Positions 1 through 10,373 of a stretch of DNA of 64,000 nt are shown here, one piece after another. The stretch's first letter is position 1. Each line of letters starts with the position of its first letter. The notes beneath the pieces were generated by a model, which saw only the letters and a list, made by a program, of their open reading frames with translations, ran no database searches and was not told the DNA's origin. Origin of the DNA: a virus (Duplodnaviria > Caudoviricetes). The stretch is from the IMG/VR virus record IMGVR_UViG_3300001487_000119, positions 96,001 to 160,000 of that record; one strand, given 5' to 3'. Position numbers and translations under genes: made by a program.

Positions 1-1
1 T

Positions 2-1453
2 GATAATACTGAAGAAGAAAAGGCCAATGAACCAATTGATGCTGAAGATGTTGAAGCAGCTAAAGCAGATTTATCCACTCCGCTTTCTCAAGAAGCCGGT
101 GATTTATCAGTATCTGATGATGAATTTGATTCTTATCTTGAAGGTGGTTCTGAAGTTTCCGGTGATGAAATGGATCCAACCGATGTTAATATGGCACATC
201 ATGCATTAGCCGGTGACGGTAAAGAAAATGAAGAACCAAACCCAGATGAATTAGATGACCCAATGAGTAATAAAGAACTTCCAACAGAAGGTGATGAAGA
301 AACATTACCACAAGTTAATACTGATGATGAAGATCCATTTGATACTGAAATTGGTAATGATGAAGAAACACCGGCTGAAGGTGATGAAAAAATTAATCCT
401 GAAGAACCTATTGATTTTGAAGGTGATGAAAATGCTTCAGAAGAACCTGAATCTGATGTAACTAGTGAACCAAGTGAAGAACCAATTGATGCTGAAGGTA
501 CTGATGTTTCAACAGAAGTTGATGGTGTTAGTATTCCAGAAGGTTATAAAATTGCAAATATTAAATTTGATGAAAATCTTAAAACTGGCGAATTATTCAG
601 AACTGGTAGTATTACTGTGATGGTTGATATGGTTGATGGTGCTGGTAAAGTTTATACTGAATCAAATAACTATCATTTCTATATTGATGAAGAAACACAT
701 CTTCCTGTTATTGATGCAGCAGATATTCCTGTAGCTCTTTACAATGCATTAGTTTCTTCTATTCAATCTGATTCACAATTTACTAAAGCCGATACTGAAG
801 GTAAAGACGGTGGCGCAGAGACATTCGATTCTGATAAAAAAGATTTCCCAGATTATGATGAAATTTATTATAATGCAGATGATGTTAATGATGCTTCTGA
901 TGAATTACAAAAAGATGATGAAGAAGGATATTTTGATTTCACCGATGATGGTGAAGGCGATATTACTTTCTCGGCTAAAGAAGAGGAAACGCCAACCGAA
1001 GCCGAACTTCCTGCAAAAGATTCTGAAGATGTAATTCCGGCAGAAAACGCTCCAGAAAAACCAGTTAAAGCATCTGATTTATTCAATGGTGTTAAAGATG
1101 AACCTGAAGAAGAAATTAATTCTGAAGAGGTTATTACTCCAGCATATAAATCCGGTGATACCGTAATTGATGAACCTGCAGATAATGTTGAATTTGAAGA
1201 TGAACCAAAAGAATCTGATGAACCTGCAGATGATGAATTAGATTTTGATGAAGAAACTCCGGTAGATACTTCAATTAATAATCAAGAATCAAGTTTTAAT
1301 TCAGATGAAAAAGATTTTCCAGATTTCGATGAAGTTGATGAAAAACCAGAAAAAGAAGAAAATGAATCAGTAAAACCTGAAAAGAAAATTTCTTTAAATG
1401 AAGCTAGAGCCGCATTTGTAAAATTAAAAGCTGAATATAAAGCAAAACATTGA
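2..1453 (+). CDS. Very acidic (D/E-rich) low-complexity protein, 5'-truncated by window edge; possibly head/scaffold-related
   Basis: Frame open from position 2 to TGA at 1451-1453; internal repeat FDSDKKDFPDYDE / FNSDEKDFPDFDE; basic C-terminal helix (SLNEARAAFVKLKAEYKAKH). Confidence 0.75.
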   Translation, partial: DNTEEEKANEPIDAEDVEAAKADLSTPLSQEAGDLSVSDDEFDSYLEGGSEVSGDEMDPTDVNMAHHALAGDGKENEEPNPDELDDPMSNKELPTEGDEETLPQVNTDDEDPFDTEIGNDEETPAEGDEKINPEEPIDFEGDENASEEPESDVTSEPSEEPIDAEGTDVSTEVDGVSIPEGYKIANIKFDENLKTGELFRTGSITVMVDMVDGAGKVYTESNNYHFYIDEETHLPVIDAADIPVALYNALVSSIQSDSQFTKADTEGKDGGAETFDSDKKDFPDYDEIYYNADDVNDASDELQKDDEEGYFDFTDDGEGDITFSAKEEETPTEAELPAKDSEDVIPAENAPEKPVKASDLFNGVKDEPEEEINSEEVITPAYKSGDTVIDEPADNVEFEDEPKESDEPADDELDFDEETPVDTSINNQESSFNSDEKDFPDFDEVDEKPEKEENESVKPEKKISLNEARAAFVKLKAEYKAKH

Positions 1454-1473
1454 TGATTAGAGCTTTTAATAAA

Positions 1474-1529
1474 TTGTTTTTGAATTATTTAGAATTCCAA
1501 TTTAAAAATTCTAAATAATTCAAAAACAA
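1474..1529. repeat. Perfect 23-bp inverted repeat (hairpin)
   Basis: ttgtttttgaattatttagaatt (1474-1496) pairs with aattctaaataattcaaaaacaa (1507-1529). Confidence 0.85.
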
Positions 1530-1552
1530 ATAAAAATAAATTAAATTATGTC

Positions 1553-2422
1553 ATGATAGAAAAATTATATGAGTATGCATTAAAAAATGCAGGAAATAAA
1601 GTCGAAATAACACAAGTGCAATCTATTCAAGAAGGAAAAGTTAAATTTTTTGGTATTATTGATTTACTTCGTCAAAAAGAACCAATAGCGGTTTATGAAA
1701 TCGGTGATAAAGTTTTTTATAATAATTATGATGATGTAATTTATACTATTAATGAAAATAAAAATGTAGTTGAAGATTTATCAGCATATGATGAAGATGA
1801 AGATTATATTAATACTTCATTATTAGAAGACGGTTATCAATTAATAGATTCATTATTATTAGAAAGAGCAAAAATTAGAAAACCTGGTTTAACTACCGGC
1901 GGAGATATTAGAAAATCACAGAAAAGAGCAGAAATTATGAATGGTACTAAAGATCGTCAAGAATTTGAAAAGAAAGTTGAACGTCTATCTGATGAAGCTG
2001 GTGTTGCAAATCCATTAGTTCCACAACCTCAACAAGAATCAGTTAATATTGAAGATGCTAATGAATTATCTGAATCATTAATTGATAAAGATAATATCGA
2101 AATTATTTATGAACCGATGGATTGGGTTATTATTAAAGAAAATGGAATGAAAGCACAAGTAACAAATGTTTATAATGATGGAGACGGAAATCTTAAAATG
2201 TTGACAATTGTTGCATCTAACGGTGTTTGTTATGATGCAGACCCGGATGAAATTGAGCCGGATCCAATATATTTGGCAAATCTTCCAGGAGTCACTGTTA
2301 ACAGCACATTATTAGGTGTTCCAAGATTGGCAACATTTGATATTAATCCTGAAACTAAATTAACTGATAAAGTTAATAATGATGATCCTGCACTTGAGGA
2401 AAAATATAAAGATTTTAATTAA
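1553..2422 (+). CDS. Hypothetical protein (289 aa)
   Basis: Long ORF with typical codon usage, ATG..TAA. Confidence 0.8.
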   Translation: MIEKLYEYALKNAGNKVEITQVQSIQEGKVKFFGIIDLLRQKEPIAVYEIGDKVFYNNYDDVIYTINENKNVVEDLSAYDEDEDYINTSLLEDGYQLIDSLLLERAKIRKPGLTTGGDIRKSQKRAEIMNGTKDRQEFEKKVERLSDEAGVANPLVPQPQQESVNIEDANELSESLIDKDNIEIIYEPMDWVIIKENGMKAQVTNVYNDGDGNLKMLTIVASNGVCYDADPDEIEPDPIYLANLPGVTVNSTLLGVPRLATFDINPETKLTDKVNNDDPALEEKYKDFN

Positions 2423-2444
2423 TAAGTTAAAATCAAAAAAAGAA

Positions 2445-2476
2445 AAAGAGATTCAATTAATTTTGAATCTCTTTTT
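2445..2476. terminator. Bidirectional intrinsic terminator
   Basis: aaagagattcaa..ttgaatctctttt hairpin between convergent genes. Confidence 0.75.
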
Positions 2477-2480
2477 ATTA

Positions 2481-2780
2481 TTAATGACGATATGGTTGTG
2501 GTACAAGTTGATCATCATATAATTTATATAATATACCAGCTAAAAGCTGCCTATATTTATCAGTATATGTTAAATGTTGTTCTTCTGCAACTTCTTCAGC
2601 TATATCATAAAGCCAATCTACAAATTGATCATCATCTATTTCTTCTGTTATTAAATAAAATTCAGAAGGAAAATAACTTTTTTGCTCAGCATATTCATTT
2701 AAAGACTTTTTAACTTCTTTAGCTACAGAAGTCATAATGTTTTCATATAAAGCTTTTTTATTATCTTTTTTCATATTCAT
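2481..2780 (-). CDS. Small protein with leader type B (MKKDNKKALYENIMTSVAKEVKKSLNEY)
   Basis: N-terminus nearly identical to that of 26247..26951; AATAAATA motif upstream (~2800-2807); start may be at 2774. Confidence 0.8.
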   Translation of the reverse strand: MNMKKDNKKALYENIMTSVAKEVKKSLNEYAEQKSYFPSEFYLITEEIDDDQFVDWLYDIAEEVAEEQHLTYTDKYRQLLAGILYKLYDDQLVPQPYRH

Positions 2781-2806
2781 ATGTTTAATTGTTTTTTATT
2801 ATTTAT

Positions 2807-4042
2807 TTATACTAATTCAATTTCATTATATTCAATTTCTTTTAGAAAATCTTTAGGCATTATACTATAATCAGAATTATCTATTACAGCATAAATTAAT
2901 TTATATTTTCTATAATCAAGATACATACTATAAAACGCTACTAAATATTCACCAGTTTCATTTGATACTACAACATACGGTTTTGTATCATTGTATTTTA
3001 ATTCATCATAAATTAAATTAGAGCCGTGATAATAATCTTCAATATAATATTGATGTGATAAAGTAACCCATATAAATGATTTAAAATTACTGGTTACTTC
3101 ATTATATGGCATATATTTTCTTAAAAAATTATTTGCTTCAGATGCCCGCCATTGAATACGTGTTCCAAAATGTAAATCATCGCCTGCTAATGTTTCATAT
3201 ACATATGCGACATGATTATTAATTGATGTAATATCTAAAATTTTTGGAAAATCTATATCAAACCGTTTACAAATATTTTTAGTTAAATATCTTTTGAATT
3301 TTAATTGTTTACTTCTTACTGTATTAACTTCATCAATATCAAGCCCGTTATCGCTTACAATATTTTCAGTACTGAAAATTTCAACATGAGAATACCATTT
3401 ACCATTTTTTGGAAGTTCATAAATAATAACATTAAATGCATTATCCGGTGAAATTGAAACCTAATCAACAATAAAATAATCTAAATTTTTAAGTTCCGGA
3501 TGAAAATGTATAAAATTCTGGAAAATATCTATTAATTCATTATCACGTCCTTTTAAATCATATTTAAACTAATCATATAATTTTTCTATATCATTTGCAT
3601 CTGATGTGTATTTATAATTTGGAAATAATTTATTTTTATAATATACAAAAAATGCATTAAATGCTGACCAGTTTGTTATATTAAACCAACCTTTTGAATT
3701 ATAAAAATAACCTCCGATTTTATCCTTGACTTTATCACCCATTGTTTGATTTAAACTAACTAAATACGGCCAATCACTATTATTACTGGTAACTTTATAG
3801 TTAACAAAACCAAAATCTTTGAATATTGATTTATCTTTTCCAGGAAGTCGTTTTAATAATTCATATATAAATGATTTCTATGTTATTTGTTGATTTGCAA
3901 ATGTTTTTTGAATATCGCCTTTAGTTGTTCCTTTAACTTTACTATTAGTCTGTCCTTGAAGCACATCATCATCAAAATCATCTAATGCAAATGAAATTGC
4001 TTCACTAATACTTTTTAATATTTTATTTGTTAATTTTTTCAA
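2807..4042 (-). CDS. Leader-A family protein with unrelated C-terminal domain (TAG-recoded, ~411 aa)
   Basis: TTG start, MKKLTNKILKSISEAISFALDDFDDDVLQGQTNSKV; in-frame TAGs at 3878, 3569, 3461; same frame as track ORF 2807..3112. Confidence 0.75.
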
Positions 4043-4087
4043 AATATAATTAGAAATTATTTTTATATTTATTTAGATTTAACAAAT

Positions 4088-4115
4088 AAACAAATGAATA
4101 AAAAATAATTATAAT
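4088..4115 (+). promoter_or_regulatory. Putative middle promoter AAAC-N18-TATAAT
   Basis: Same motif and spacing recur upstream of helicase, nuclease, ligase, thyX and topoisomerase genes. Confidence 0.55.
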
Positions 4116-4143
4116 ATTAAAATAAAAATATATTTTTAAGTAT

Positions 4144-5415
4144 ATGGCAAAAAAGAAAGAAGTATTAAGTGAAGGAACCGGTTTACCAAGTGTATTTGAT
4201 TTAGTAAAGAAAGTAGATGATAGTGTAGAAATTATTGCAGAATCTGCCTATTCAAATATACAATCTTGGATTCCAACAGGCAGTTATATTTTAAATGCCG
4301 CAATGTCCGGTGATTTATTTAAAGGAATTCCATCTGGCCGTGTTATAACATTTGAAGGTGATTCTGGTGTTGGTAAATCATTTTTAGCATGTTCTATTTG
4401 TAGAGAAGCTCAAAAGATGGGGTATACTCCAATTTATATGGATTCAGAAGGAAGTATTGATTCTAATTTTGTATCTCGTCTTGGTGTGGATCCAAATAAT
4501 CTTATTATTAAACAAGTTTCTACTATTGCAGAAACATCACAATTTATTGCAAATGTTTGTGCACAGCTTCAAGAACAAGAAGATAAATATGGAGAGCATC
4601 AAAAAGTTATTATGGTTCTTGATTCTCTTGGAAACTTGACATCAGATAAAGAACGTGATGATATTATGGCAGGCGCAAATAAGCGTGATATGACAAAGGC
4701 TCAAGAAATTAAAGCATTGTTTAGAGTAAATGCAACACCGCTTGCTAGACTTCAAATTCCAATGATTGTTAATAATCATGTTTATGCAGCAGTTGGTGCA
4801 TATGTTCCAACATCAATTGGTAGCGGTGGTTCTGGAATTAAATATAATTCATCATTAACTATTCAATTATCAGCTGCAAAACTTGATGATAAAGATAATG
4901 AAGCAGCTGCGGCTAAAAAACAAGGTGCTGATACAACAGCAAAAAATGGAGTTTTAGTAACAGCAAAAACAGTTAAATCAAGATTCTGTCGTCCTTATAA
5001 AGTTAAATTTCAAATTCCATTTTTCAAAAAACCTAATCCGTTTGTTGGTTTGGAAGCCTTTATGAATTGGGAAAATTCTGGAATTGTTCGTGGAAATCTT
5101 ATTACAGAAAAAGATTATAATAAACTTTCTCCGGCAGATCAAGCAAAAATTTATGTATTTGAATTTAATGGTGAAACTTTATATTGTCAACCAAAGGATA
5201 CAGCTCGAGGAATTGTTTGTCGTCACTTAGGTACTGTAGTTCCAATTGCAGAATTCTTTACTGAAAAAGTTTTCACACAAGAATTTTTGGAATACTTAAA
5301 TAAAAATGTGATTCACCCGATGTTTGATTTGCCAGACCAATCTTCATTTGATGATATTAAAGAAATTGAAGATTTAATTGAAACCGGAACAGAAACACCA
5401 GAAACAGAAAATTAA
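4144..5415 (+). CDS. uvsX: RecA/UvsX-like recombinase
   Basis: IPTGSYILN, Walker A GDSGVGKS, DSEGS, LDSLG, VNNHVY, GSGG.GIKY motifs. Confidence 0.92.
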   Translation: MAKKKEVLSEGTGLPSVFDLVKKVDDSVEIIAESAYSNIQSWIPTGSYILNAAMSGDLFKGIPSGRVITFEGDSGVGKSFLACSICREAQKMGYTPIYMDSEGSIDSNFVSRLGVDPNNLIIKQVSTIAETSQFIANVCAQLQEQEDKYGEHQKVIMVLDSLGNLTSDKERDDIMAGANKRDMTKAQEIKALFRVNATPLARLQIPMIVNNHVYAAVGAYVPTSIGSGGSGIKYNSSLTIQLSAAKLDDKDNEAAAAKKQGADTTAKNGVLVTAKTVKSRFCRPYKVKFQIPFFKKPNPFVGLEAFMNWENSGIVRGNLITEKDYNKLSPADQAKIYVFEFNGETLYCQPKDTARGIVCRHLGTVVPIAEFFTEKVFTQEFLEYLNKNVIHPMFDLPDQSSFDDIKEIEDLIETGTETPETEN

Positions 5416-5440
5416 TTTTTGTATTTTTATATTTTATATG

Positions 5441-5474
5441 TGAGAAGACACTAATTAAAGTGTCTTCTCTTTTT
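5441..5474 (+). terminator. Intrinsic terminator after recA
   Basis: gagaagacac..gtgtcttctc followed by T-run; directly followed by AATAAATA motif. Confidence 0.7.
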
Positions 5475-5489
5475 AATAAATATATTGAT

Positions 5490-6173
5490 ATGAAAAACTA
5501 TAATAAAATATTAGAAGCCGTTAATCGCGGTATTAAATTTGCTTTAGATGACTTTGATAATGAAGAACCTCAAGGACAAGTTAATACTAAAGTTAATAAT
5601 ACCAGTAATATTAAAGAATATGTAAATTGGTTAAATTTAGTTGATAAAGTTAATGAATATGATATTACTAAAGAAGATGTTGCAGAATTAATGAAACTTA
5701 GCCAATTATTAAATTTGAAATTTAAAGCAGATAATGATACATTAAAAGCAATTGTTTATTATATATGTGGAATTAATCCTCGAGCTGATTTAAATTGGAT
5801 AGATACTAGCAGTATAACAGATATGTCATTATTATTTCATTAGACTAAATTTAATGGAGATATTTCTGAATGGGATGTTTCTAATGTTAAGACAATGCTA
5901 GAAATGTTTGAATCTACACCATTCAATGGCAATATATCTAAATGGAATGTTTCTAATGTAAAAAATATGGCATGGATGTTTGCCCATTCTAATTTTAATA
6001 AACCTATAGGAAATTGGGATGTTTCTAATGTAGAAACTATAGAATATATGTTTTATGATGCTAAAAAATTTAATAAAGATATTTCTAAGTGGGATATAAA
6101 CACATACGATACTGATTATATGTTTTCTGGATGTCCAATAAAAAAAGAATTTAAACCTGTATTTCCATGGTAA
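5490..6173 (+). CDS. Leader-A family protein with DUF285/BspA-like repeats (TAG-recoded)
   Basis: MKNYNKILEAVNRGIKFALDDF; DLNWIDTS.ITDMS; FNGDISEWDVSNV repeats continue across TAG at 5841-5843. Confidence 0.88.
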
Positions 6174-6892
6174 AAAATTATAATAAAATATTAGAAGCAG
6201 TTAATCGTGGTATTAAATTTGCATTAGATGATTTTGAAGATCAGGATGATATTCAAGGTCAAACCAATAGTAAAGTTAAATATCAAGGCGGAATAAATGA
6301 ATATCTAGATTTAATGAAAATTGTAGTTGATTTAGGTCTTCCATCCGGTAATTTATGGTGTAAATATAATCTTGGCTGTAATTATGAAAAATTAAATAAT
6401 GACTCAGAAAATACTATACCGGATATGTGGTATGGAGATTATTATGCATGGGGACAAACAAAACCAAATAGTCTTGAAGAATATGATAAAGCATTTAGTG
6501 CAAATATATTAACACATGATATTGATCCGTCATATCAAAATATGCATTTTAAAGATTTTAAATTTTTTACACCTTCTGTTAAAGATTTCCAAGAATTATT
6601 ACAAAATACTATTCAAAAAAATGTACAAAATTATAAAATTAATTATTTAAACGGTATAGAATTAACTAGTAAAATTAATGGAAATAAATTATTTTTACCG
6701 AATAATGGTTTACATTATAGTGATGATGATATACCGGTTAAATCAATGCTTGTCGGCAGTCTTTCTTATTGTTGGACAGCAACTGCAAATAAATCAAATG
6801 CAAGCGATGCTATAGTATATGCTAAATCATTTGGTGATTAGGATAAAAGTTTTTTATGCGGTATACGACCTGTATTAAATTTAAATAGATAA
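6167..6892 (+). CDS. Leader-A family protein with VDLGLPSG..W lectin-like (DGR-target-like) domain
   Basis: Read-through of TAG 6839-6841 restores conserved C-terminal GIRPVLNL; TAATG coupling to next gene. Confidence 0.88.
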
Positions 6893-7662
6893 TGATGAAA
6901 AATTTAGAAGAAATATTAAAGAAATTAAATGAGAATAAATTAGCGTTTGCATTAGATGACTTTGATGATAATGAAGAAATTCAAGGTCAAATTAATAGTA
7001 AAGTTAAAAATAACAGTAATATTATTAATTATTTAAAATCTGAATTTTTTAAAGAAATAGTTAATAAACTTGATAAATCAACTTTTTATACAAAATTATT
7101 ATCAGCATAGCAAAATATTACAATTAGTGATTTATCTAATTTTAATATTCCAGATGACGATAAAAAAATTATTATATCTTATTTAAAAGAATATATTTTT
7201 AACGGAACAAATACCGATGTTGTCGATATGTTACTTCCGTCGGGAACTTGGTGGGGAACATATAATCTCGGTGCTAATTCAACGGATGAATATGGTATTG
7301 CATATGAACTGGATTTAAATAAAGATATTGCATATGAAGAAACAAAAATATTCAAAACACCGACATTAGATCAATTTAATGAATTATTTGAAAATACTGA
7401 TCATATTAAAATAAATGATGGTTTTGTTTTTGCATCAAAAGAAAATCCATTGCATTTTATATTCTTTAATAAAAATGATGATTATAAAATATATATGATT
7501 TCTGGTACATATGATGATAATACATTTCTTGGTATGAAACTATTTAAATTTGATGATTTCTATTGCAAGCCATTATCATTTAAATTATTAAATAATAAAG
7601 TGCCGCCAACAATATATATGAAAATTCGTCCGGTATATAATAAAAATGAGATTCAAATTTAA
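6892..7662 (+). CDS. Divergent leader-A family protein with degenerate LPSGTWW..IRPV domain
   Basis: FALDDFDDNEEIQGQINSKV; TAG at 7108-7110 joins track ORFs 6892..7110 and 7228..7662 in frame. Confidence 0.85.
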
Positions 7663-7676
7663 TGAATCTCATTTTT
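7643..7676. terminator. Bidirectional terminator
   Basis: aaaaatgagattca..tgaatctcattttt between convergent genes. Confidence 0.7.
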
Positions 7677-7678
7677 AA

Positions 7679-8146
7679 TTAAAGTGAATAAGTGTTAATT
7701 CTCTGTTGTCTTGCCCAATCATCCGGAATAAACAACTTTGTATGTCTTGCATCATTATAGAATGTATAAGAATTTTTAAGAGATTTACAATACCTACGAA
7801 CAATCCCGTAACCAACTAGATAAACACTATTATTACTATTGTCATAGAACGCATAGTAATTAACCTCATTTTCTAGCACAGCAGAAACCAGATAATTATG
7901 ATTGCGCGGATTATGAGCAGCAAAATAAAATGTTACTGTTTCTTTTCCATTATTTGCAATAATATAATTACCCGTAGATCGAGTCTCATAACCATTCCTC
8001 CTTAATACATCACAGAAACGACGACGGTAGGAAGTAAATGGTGTATCAGTAGAACTAAGTCCTGGATGTGTATGTCGAACACTCACATTAGTTGTATTCT
8101 TTACACCTTCTCCAATTAGTTTGTTAACTTGTTTTAAACCTTCCAT
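7679..8146 (-). CDS. Hypothetical protein
   Basis: ATG at 8146 lies 1 nt after the TAA of the read-through upstream gene. Confidence 0.75.
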   Translation of the reverse strand: MEGLKQVNKLIGEGVKNTTNVSVRHTHPGLSSTDTPFTSYRRRFCDVLRRNGYETRSTGNYIIANNGKETVTFYFAAHNPRNHNYLVSAVLENEVNYYAFYDNSNNSVYLVGYGIVRRYCKSLKNSYTFYNDARHTKLFIPDDWARQQRINTYSL

Positions 8147-8147
8147 A

Positions 8148-8675
8148 TTAAAGTTCTCTTTCAGTAAAATTTGCAAATTGTGTTAATTTATAATTTTTTG
8201 GTTTTCCTTTAACCACTTCTTCAGGCATTTCTTCTTCAGGTTGCAATTCTGTTACCTATGCTTTTGCATTAACATTATCTATAGTAGTATCAACATCATC
8301 ACTTTGACAACCGTTCATAAGCTCGCGAAGCTCCTCATCAACACCAGCAAGATAGATGTGTTTCAAGCCCTCACTCTTATCAAGGCGATTCATCTCTTCC
8401 TCATACATACGAGTCAGCTCTTTACGTTGATAATTGATAATCTCAAGATCTGACAAAAGCTCCTTACGGCGTGCCTTATTAAATGCAATTGCACGGCCGA
8501 TTTGTTGATCATACTGATCTACCTCATGACAACGTGTCTTTGCAATAAAACGGCGTCCATACCAACGATCATAAAGTGTACATACTGTTACACCATTCTT
8601 CTCGTCATCATGAAATTTAACTGTGTTTGACATGTCCTGCTGCTCAGGACTCATTTTCGTAAAATTACTTTTCAT
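8148..8675 (-). CDS. Hypothetical protein with one TAG 36 codons before TAA
   Basis: Track ORF 8256..8675 ends in TAG; read-through (QVTELQPEEEMPEE...REL) ends at TAA abutting next start; codon usage with more C/G-ending codons. Confidence 0.75.
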
Positions 8676-8928
8676 TTTTCTTTTAGTTTTAATTTTTAGT
8701 TTAACATTAAATATTCAGATTTTCGGTCATCTGAACTTTAATTATTATAAATCAAAAAATTAAAAAGTTTATAAAAAGCTCAAAAATATTGGATTGCAAA
8801 GTATATTTTGCAAAACAATAATAATTAAAACCAAATAATAAAATAATGGTAAAATATGTTATAAAACATAAAAAATGAAGATAAATAAAAAAATTGTGAT
8901 ATTTAGAACATTATTTTAACTGAAAACT

Positions 8929-9594
8929 ATGAAAAGATATTTATTATACATATTATTAATAATTAATTCTATTTGTTATGGACAAATATATAGTACTGGC
9001 AATAGAATGTATGGGACTATGAGTACTCCATCATATGATAATTATAAAAATATTAATGGCGGTAGTAATATTGGTTATTCCAGTCTAAATATTGGATATT
9101 CAACAAGCAAATATGGAATGACAAATACTTATAATATGTACAAACGTCAATATAATAATGTATATAGTGGAACATACAATCCTGGAAGCAGTAGTAGATC
9201 AGGCCAACCACGAAGAGTAAAAGGATATACTATAGATGGAGATTCTATTAATACAGATGGAATGGGTAATCCATCAGATCCATTAAAAGGTATGTGGTTA
9301 GATGGTTATAATTATTATTATGAAGATAATTATTGGTATAGAGGTCATTATGATAAACGTGGAAATTATATATATGAAAAATGGAGTTCGGTATTTGATG
9401 CTGACTGGTTATTCTGGAATTGGTATAGCGGAAGAAATCCAGGAGATGATGCTATTCAATATTATCAAAATAATCCAAAACCGCATCCATATGATCCATA
9501 TGCAGATCCAATAGGAGAATTCCCAATAGGATTATTATTGATTTTATCATTTTTATTTGTATATTATAAAAAACTTAAAAATAAAACTAATTGA
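8929..9594 (+). CDS. Secreted protein with signal peptide and C-terminal PID/PEP-CTERM-like sorting signal
   Basis: MKRYLLYILLIINSICYG signal peptide; C-terminus DPIGEFPIGLLLILSFLFVYYKKLKNK (Pro motif + TM + basic tail). Confidence 0.7.
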   Translation: MKRYLLYILLIINSICYGQIYSTGNRMYGTMSTPSYDNYKNINGGSNIGYSSLNIGYSTSKYGMTNTYNMYKRQYNNVYSGTYNPGSSSRSGQPRRVKGYTIDGDSINTDGMGNPSDPLKGMWLDGYNYYYEDNYWYRGHYDKRGNYIYEKWSSVFDADWLFWNWYSGRNPGDDAIQYYQNNPKPHPYDPYADPIGEFPIGLLLILSFLFVYYKKLKNKTN

Positions 9595-9597
9595 ATT

Positions 9598-10230
9598 ATG
9601 AAAAAACTTTTAATTTCTTTAATTTGTATTTTATTTGCTAATTTTAGTATGGCAAATATTAATAAAAATGTTGCTGACACAATTCGTTTTGTAGATGTTG
9701 TTGAAATTAACAATGGAGAATTTGGAGTTGTATGGACAACAGATTCTGTAAAATGCGATGCATATAAAGTAGATATGGTTTTATTTGATACTGCTACTTA
9801 TACCGGTGCATTTTTTGCAACTGTTGCAACATATGCAGAAAATTATGTAATTTCAAATTCTAGCTATTATGGTGTGACAACAAGTAATATTTTAAAATAC
9901 GGTGATAATTACCAAACAATCGGTGCAAAAGGTGCAAGCCAAGAAGTTATTGATGCATGGGAAACTGCATGGAATAATTCGGTAAATGAAAACGGTGAAA
10001 CATTAAAACCTGGATATTATATTATTCAAGTTACCGGAATTGATTCTATGTTTAATGTAATAACAGCTGCTAATTATATTATGGTAAATGTTAAAAATGT
10101 AACAACAGATATTAATTCTGTCTTTTTTAATAAAAAGGCTAATGGAAAATATATGGATCCAATAACAAATACTTTATATATTATTCGTGATAATAAAAAA
10201 TATGATACTCAAGGAAATCGTATTAATTAA
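9598..10230 (+). CDS. Secreted protein with Bacteroidales T9SS-CTD-like C-terminus
   Basis: Signal peptide MKKLLISLICILFANFSMA; C-terminus TDINSV...KY...LYIIRDNKKYDTQGNRIN. Confidence 0.65.
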   Translation: MKKLLISLICILFANFSMANINKNVADTIRFVDVVEINNGEFGVVWTTDSVKCDAYKVDMVLFDTATYTGAFFATVATYAENYVISNSSYYGVTTSNILKYGDNYQTIGAKGASQEVIDAWETAWNNSVNENGETLKPGYYIIQVTGIDSMFNVITAANYIMVNVKNVTTDINSVFFNKKANGKYMDPITNTLYIIRDNKKYDTQGNRIN

Positions 10231-10289
10231 AAATAAATAATAAAAGAACTATGAAATTGTAATGTATACTTTACATTTTTAAATATTTT

Positions 10290-10328
10290 AAGGGGGTTTA
10301 TATCAGAAAATGATATAAACTCCTTTTA
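10290..10328 (+). terminator. Intrinsic terminator/hairpin
   Basis: ggggtttatatca..tgatataaactcc followed by tttt. Confidence 0.6.
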
Positions 10329-10373
10329 CTTTATATAATGTGAAAAAACAAAAATATAAAACTATATACAAAA

